NCBI GenBank assembly: GCA_034439715.1
Contig: JAWXAY010000043.1
Location: 18,261-82,260, forward strand
DNA length: 64,000 nucleotides
Source: Pseudomonadota bacterium
GTDB taxonomy: Bacteria; Bdellovibrionota; Bdellovibrionia; Bdellovibrionales; SG-bin7
Reading direction: 5' to 3'
Part shown: positions 59,784-64,000 of the stretch, in pieces
Position numbering within the stretch: the stretch's first letter is position 1
How the letters are laid out: each line of letters starts with the position of its first letter
The notes under the pieces: generated by a model
What the model was told of the DNA's origin: nothing
Database searches by the model: none
The model's input: only the letters and a program-made list of their open reading frames with translations
Translations under genes and position numbers: made by a program

Positions 59784-61799
59784 TTATAGAGATAGAGACT
59801 GAGCAGCTAGTTCAGCAACTCGCTCAATCAGAGCAGTGCGATTTACCGGTTTTGTTAAATGATCATTTGAGCCGATTTTTAAACTATAACGTCGCTCTTC
59901 AATCATACCGTGGGCGGTGAGAGCAATAATCGGTTTTTTAAAACCATTTTGTCTGAGCTGGGTAATGGCCCCGTATCCGTCAAGTTCGGGCATCTGAATA
60001 TCCATAAGCACCAAGTGGTGATCACCTTCCATTGCCTTTTTAACACCTTCAATGCCGTTATTAGCAAGATCCACCTTCGCCCCGGCCATTGTCAAAAAAC
60101 GACTCACTAATATTTGGTTGTCTATCGAATCTTCAACCAATAAGACTTTAATTTCCTTAAGCAGATCTGCCTTCTGCTTTTTCAAGCCAACCTCTTTTTT
60201 CGGTTCAACAAACAAAGTGTTAGTAAACTCGATGCCATCTAAGGGTCCTGTCGAAACACTAATAACAAAGTTAGAGCCCTCACCAGGCAAACTCTTTGTG
60301 ACGACAATGTCACCACCCAGGGCTCGAGCTAACTTCCGAGATAATGCCAGCCCCAGTCCTGTGCCGCCATGTTTTCTTGTTATCGAGGGATCTACCTGAG
60401 TGAATGGCTGAAATAGGGTTTCAATTTGCGCATTAGAAAGGCCTGGGCCTGTGTCATTAACGGCAACTAAAAGATAAGTGCCCTGGCTTGAAATATTGAC
60501 GTCAATTTTTCCTTTCACACTAAACTTAATGGCATTGCCAATAATATTGATTAAAATTTGTTGTAGACGGGTGAGATCAGTCTGAATTTTAATAGGGATT
60601 CTCTCGACCACATTGAAATCTAGATCTAAGCCCTTTTCTTTAGCTGTTAGTGACATCAAGGTCTTGACACCATTAAATAATTCTTTGACCGAAACTTCCC
60701 GGCACTCCACACCGAGGCGGCCGGCTTCTACTTTAGATAAATCTAATATCTCATCAATGATTTTTGATAGTTGATTACCGTTTCGCCGAATAGTAGAAAT
60801 ATAATCATTTCGCTCACTCGAACTTATTTTTGGGTTTGAGAGCAATTCAGAAAAGCCAAGAATGGCACCCAAAGGTGTTCTTATTTCGTGGCTCATATTG
60901 GCCAAAAATCGACTTTTAGCTTCGCTGGCAGAGTCAGCAATCCTCTTAGCCTGCAACAACTCCCCTTGAATTATTTTTTGGTCATGAATGTCTGAGGCAG
61001 TTCCGATCCAGTGCGATAGGTCTGAGAGGCTATTAAACTCAGGGACGACCTTTAAATGATGCCAGCGGTATTGTCCATCTTGACGTTGCAATCGAACTTC
61101 TAAATCAAATCCCTTTTTCTCCACAATTGCTTGTTCCCAGACTTGTTCAACAGCAGAAAGTTCTTTCGGGTGAATTACTTTTTTCCAGCCGTCACCCGTA
61201 CTTTCTTCTAAAGTAAGACCCGTATAGCGGTTCCAAAATTGATTATAATATTCAATCTCGCCCTTTCTATTGGTTCGGCACAAAATCTGAGGAATAGCGT
61301 CGGCGAGGTTTTGATAGCGGCGACGGCCTTCAGATTCCAATTCTTTTATTGTGCGAAGGCGGTCACGTTTTTCCACCTCACGCAAAGCTTCACCTTGCTT
61401 TATAAGTAATTGATTTTTTCGAAATAAATCGGCAAACACGGCGACCTTTGACTTTAGTATATGAGTGTCAAAGGGTTTAAAGACATAGTCCACAGCCCCA
61501 ACAGCATAGCCTGCGGAGACATATTGTTCTGTTTTGTTAATGGCTGTCATAAAAATAATCGGAATATTTTTAGAGCGTTCACGTTGCTTAATCAGGCTCG
61601 CTGTTTCAAAACCGTCCATCTCGGGCATCTGAACGTCCATCAGAATTACCGCAAAGTCATGAGAAAGAACTTTAGCAAGTGTTTCTCGGCCAGAGTTCGC
61701 TAATACAAGATTATAGTCGTCATGTTTCAAGGCGGCTTCGAGCGTGATAAGGCCCTCTGGTCGGTCATCTACCAAAAGAATGTCCACTTTCTCGCTCAC
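59784..61799 (-). CDS. Hybrid histidine kinase REC-PAS-HisKA-HATPase-REC
   Basis: LLVDD..MDVQMP; PAS IHP/DGQYRW; MSHEIRTP; NAIKF; GGTGLGL; C-terminal MDIQMP. Confidence 0.96.
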   Translation of the reverse strand: MSEKVDILLVDDRPEGLITLEAALKHDDYNLVLANSGRETLAKVLSHDFAVILMDVQMPEMDGFETASLIKQRERSKNIPIIFMTAINKTEQYVSAGYAVGAVDYVFKPFDTHILKSKVAVFADLFRKNQLLIKQGEALREVEKRDRLRTIKELESEGRRRYQNLADAIPQILCRTNRKGEIEYYNQFWNRYTGLTLEESTGDGWKKVIHPKELSAVEQVWEQAIVEKKGFDLEVRLQRQDGQYRWHHLKVVPEFNSLSDLSHWIGTASDIHDQKIIQGELLQAKRIADSASEAKSRFLANMSHEIRTPLGAILGFSELLSNPKISSSERNDYISTIRRNGNQLSKIIDEILDLSKVEAGRLGVECREVSVKELFNGVKTLMSLTAKEKGLDLDFNVVERIPIKIQTDLTRLQQILINIIGNAIKFSVKGKIDVNISSQGTYLLVAVNDTGPGLSNAQIETLFQPFTQVDPSITRKHGGTGLGLALSRKLARALGGDIVVTKSLPGEGSNFVISVSTGPLDGIEFTNTLFVEPKKEVGLKKQKADLLKEIKVLLVEDSIDNQILVSRFLTMAGAKVDLANNGIEGVKKAMEGDHHLVLMDIQMPELDGYGAITQLRQNGFKKPIIALTAHGMIEERRYSLKIGSNDHLTKPVNRTALIERVAELAAQSLSL

Positions 61800-64000
61800 G
61801 CTTGTGCCTCTGGGGCCTCGGTTTCTTTGTTAAGCCAAAAATGCATTAGGGATAGTAAGCTAGCGGAGCTGACAGGTTTTGTAATGTAGTCAGAGGCGCC
61901 AGAATCAATACACAGTTCGCGATCACCTTTCATGGCCTTGGCGGTAAGGGAGATAATGGGCAAATACTTAAACTCTGGCATTTGTCGAATTGTTTTCATC
62001 GCCTCTAGACCATCCATTTCGGGCATCATGGTATCCATCAAGATTAAATCCACGGTGGGGTTTTCCTGCAAGCAATTTAGCGCCAACTTGCCGTTTTCAG
62101 CATGGGTGACCAGCATACCCTGAGCCTCCAACATACTAGTGATTGCGAAGATGTTTCTAATATCGTCATCGACTACAAGCACTTTTTTACCGAAAAAATC
62201 AGCGTTTTTCGGCAACTTCGGAATAGATTCTTCAGTGCTTGGCGAAGCAATTCGCAAAGGATTCTGTCCCATATAGTTTTGCGGTAGAAATAAGGTAAAG
62301 GTACTACCTAGTCCAGAGGAACTTTCAACTTCAATCATTCCCCCTAATAGTCGCGCAATTTCACGGCTGATAGTTAGCCCAAGTCCGGTACCGCCATATT
62401 TGCGGCTGGTAGTGCCATCTGCTTGCTGAAAAGCTTCGAAAATAATTTTCTGCTTTTCTGCGGGAATCCCAATACCGGTGTCATTGACAGAAAATGCAAT
62501 AATATTTTTTGCTTCCTTAAGTGTTTCCGTTGAAAAATTTCGCAGGCCAGTTGCTAAGCTAATTTTCAAAGTTACGCAGCCAGCTTCAGTAAACTTGAAG
62601 GCGTTTGAAAGTAAATTCTTAAGAATCTGCTGTAAACGATTTTCGTCAGTGAGCATGCTCTTGGGAAGTTTAGAATCTACCACAATTTTAAATTCCAATT
62701 TTTTATTTTCGGCCAAGGGGCGGAAAGTTTGTTCAAGGTATTCCTTAACCTCGACCAATTTAACACCTTTGGGGTCCACAGGCATTTTGCCGGCTTCCAC
62801 TTTTGATAGGTCCAAAATCTCGTTTATAAGCGCTAGTAGGTCTTGTCCAGCTGAATTGATAGTGCTCGCATATTTTACCTGTTCTGGTTTGAGATTTTCT
62901 TCGCGATTTTCTTCAAGCGTTTTTGACAGTATTAACAAGCTATTAAGGGGTGTACGCAACTCATGCGACATATTTGCCAAGAACTCTGATTTGTATTTAG
63001 AAATCAGCGACAGCTGCTCTGCTTTTTCCTCCAAAGACTGAGACGCCAATTCGACCTCTTGGTTTTTAACTTCAAGAAGTTTAGCTTTATCTTCAAGCTC
63101 TTTAGCTTGAGCTTCCAACTCCGCGTTAGACTTTTTCAGTTCTTGAAGAAGTTCTTCAGTTCTCATTGAACTTGAAATCATATTTAAAATAACGCCGATG
63201 GAATCCATCAGCTGATCTAAAAAGTTCAAATAGTTTTGTGTAAAGGGTATGAACGAAGCCAATTCAATAACCGCTTTTAGGTCACCTTCGAACATAACAG
63301 GTAAAACAATAATGTTTACCGGTGTTGATTCTCCGAGGCTAGATTCCACACGAATGTAGTTAGCAGGGGCGTGGGTTAACAAAATACGCTTTTTCTCGAA
63401 CGCGCATTGTCCGACTAAACCTTCTTTGAATTTGTACTTGCTGGCGAGGTTTTTTCGCTCACTAAAGGCATAAGTGGCAATTAAACTTAGATCTGCCTCA
63501 GGCCGTTCAATGTCGGTAATAAAGAATGTGCCCAGTCTCGCATCTACGAGGGGAGTTAGCTGAGACATAATAAGTTGGGCCACAGAAGTGATACTTCGCT
63601 GACCTTGCATCATACTTGAAAATGTCGCCAGGTTGGTTTTTAACCAATCTTGCTCGGTATTTTTTTGAGTGGTGTCTTTTAGGTTTCCGATCATTTGGTT
63701 GATGTTATTTTTGAGTGCTGCCACTTCGCCTTGTGCCTCGACTGTAATTGACCTAGTTAAGTCACCTTTAGTTACCGCAGTGGAAACTTCTGCGATGGCT
63801 CGAACCTGCGCGGTCAAGTTACCCGCGAGCTGGTTCACGTTATCCGTTAAGTCTTTCCAAGTACCGGCAGCACCGGGAACTTTTGCTTGGCCCCCCAGTT
63901 TTCCCTCGATACCAACCTCACGAGCCACGGTAGTCACTTGGTCAGCAAATGTTCGAAGTGTATCGGTCATATTGTTAATCGTTTCAGCAAGTGCCGCCAC
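61796..64000 (-). CDS. Poly-HAMP-GAF hybrid histidine kinase (5' end outside window)
   Basis: [26 protein letters not shown] poly-HAMP repeat; [25 protein letters not shown]. Confidence 0.95.
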   Translation of the reverse strand: MAALAETINNMTDTLRTFADQVTTVAREVGIEGKLGGQAKVPGAAGTWKDLTDNVNQLAGNLTAQVRAIAEVSTAVTKGDLTRSITVEAQGEVAALKNNINQMIGNLKDTTQKNTEQDWLKTNLATFSSMMQGQRSITSVAQLIMSQLTPLVDARLGTFFITDIERPEADLSLIATYAFSERKNLASKYKFKEGLVGQCAFEKKRILLTHAPANYIRVESSLGESTPVNIIVLPVMFEGDLKAVIELASFIPFTQNYLNFLDQLMDSIGVILNMISSSMRTEELLQELKKSNAELEAQAKELEDKAKLLEVKNQEVELASQSLEEKAEQLSLISKYKSEFLANMSHELRTPLNSLLILSKTLEENREENLKPEQVKYASTINSAGQDLLALINEILDLSKVEAGKMPVDPKGVKLVEVKEYLEQTFRPLAENKKLEFKIVVDSKLPKSMLTDENRLQQILKNLLSNAFKFTEAGCVTLKISLATGLRNFSTETLKEAKNIIAFSVNDTGIGIPAEKQKIIFEAFQQADGTTSRKYGGTGLGLTISREIARLLGGMIEVESSSGLGSTFTLFLPQNYMGQNPLRIASPSTEESIPKLPKNADFFGKKVLVVDDDIRNIFAITSMLEAQGMLVTHAENGKLALNCLQENPTVDLILMDTMMPEMDGLEAMKTIRQMPEFKYLPIISLTAKAMKGDRELCIDSGASDYITKPVSSASLLSLMHFWLNKETEAPEAQA

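Noticed and set aside
63640..64000. Repeated sequence at the window end
   Set aside because: Protein-level poly-HAMP repeats, not a DNA element.
1..64000. CRISPR arrays, tRNA/rRNA genes, SRP RNA, IS elements, prophage
   Set aside because: Intergenic gaps are short (under ~170 nt) with no spaced repeats, cloverleafs, transposase or phage genes seen by eye; Infernal/tRNAscan were not run.

Overview
A gene-dense, low-GC bacterial chromosome segment. The gene repertoire (GYF_2/DUF4339, FecR-fibronectin, CHASE2 cyclase, VKOR-DsbA, many secreted hypotheticals) suggests a Bdellovibrionota-like predator; this is inference. Core genes: ffh, the rpsP-khpA-rimM-trmD-SPOUT-rplS-rnhB-yraN cluster, lptD, pyk, thiolase, miaB, guaB, guaA and dnaE. 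Also present are signalling genes (adenylate cyclase, STAS, PP2C, cNMP-binding protein, Hpt, two hybrid kinases) and a TolC-RND pair. I recognised no rRNA, tRNA, CRISPR array or mobile element. The strongest candidate for an undescribed system is a ~3 kb islet between ffh and rpsP. It holds an orphan pstS behind Pho-box-like 11-bp repeats, then three exported proteins that together carry six copies of one helix + 35/36-residue amphipathic beta-hairpin unit, a possible hetero-oligomeric beta-barrel pore. Other notable signals are five sigma28-like promoters very close to start codons and a secreted Cys-rich protein with an internal second signal-peptide-like segment.
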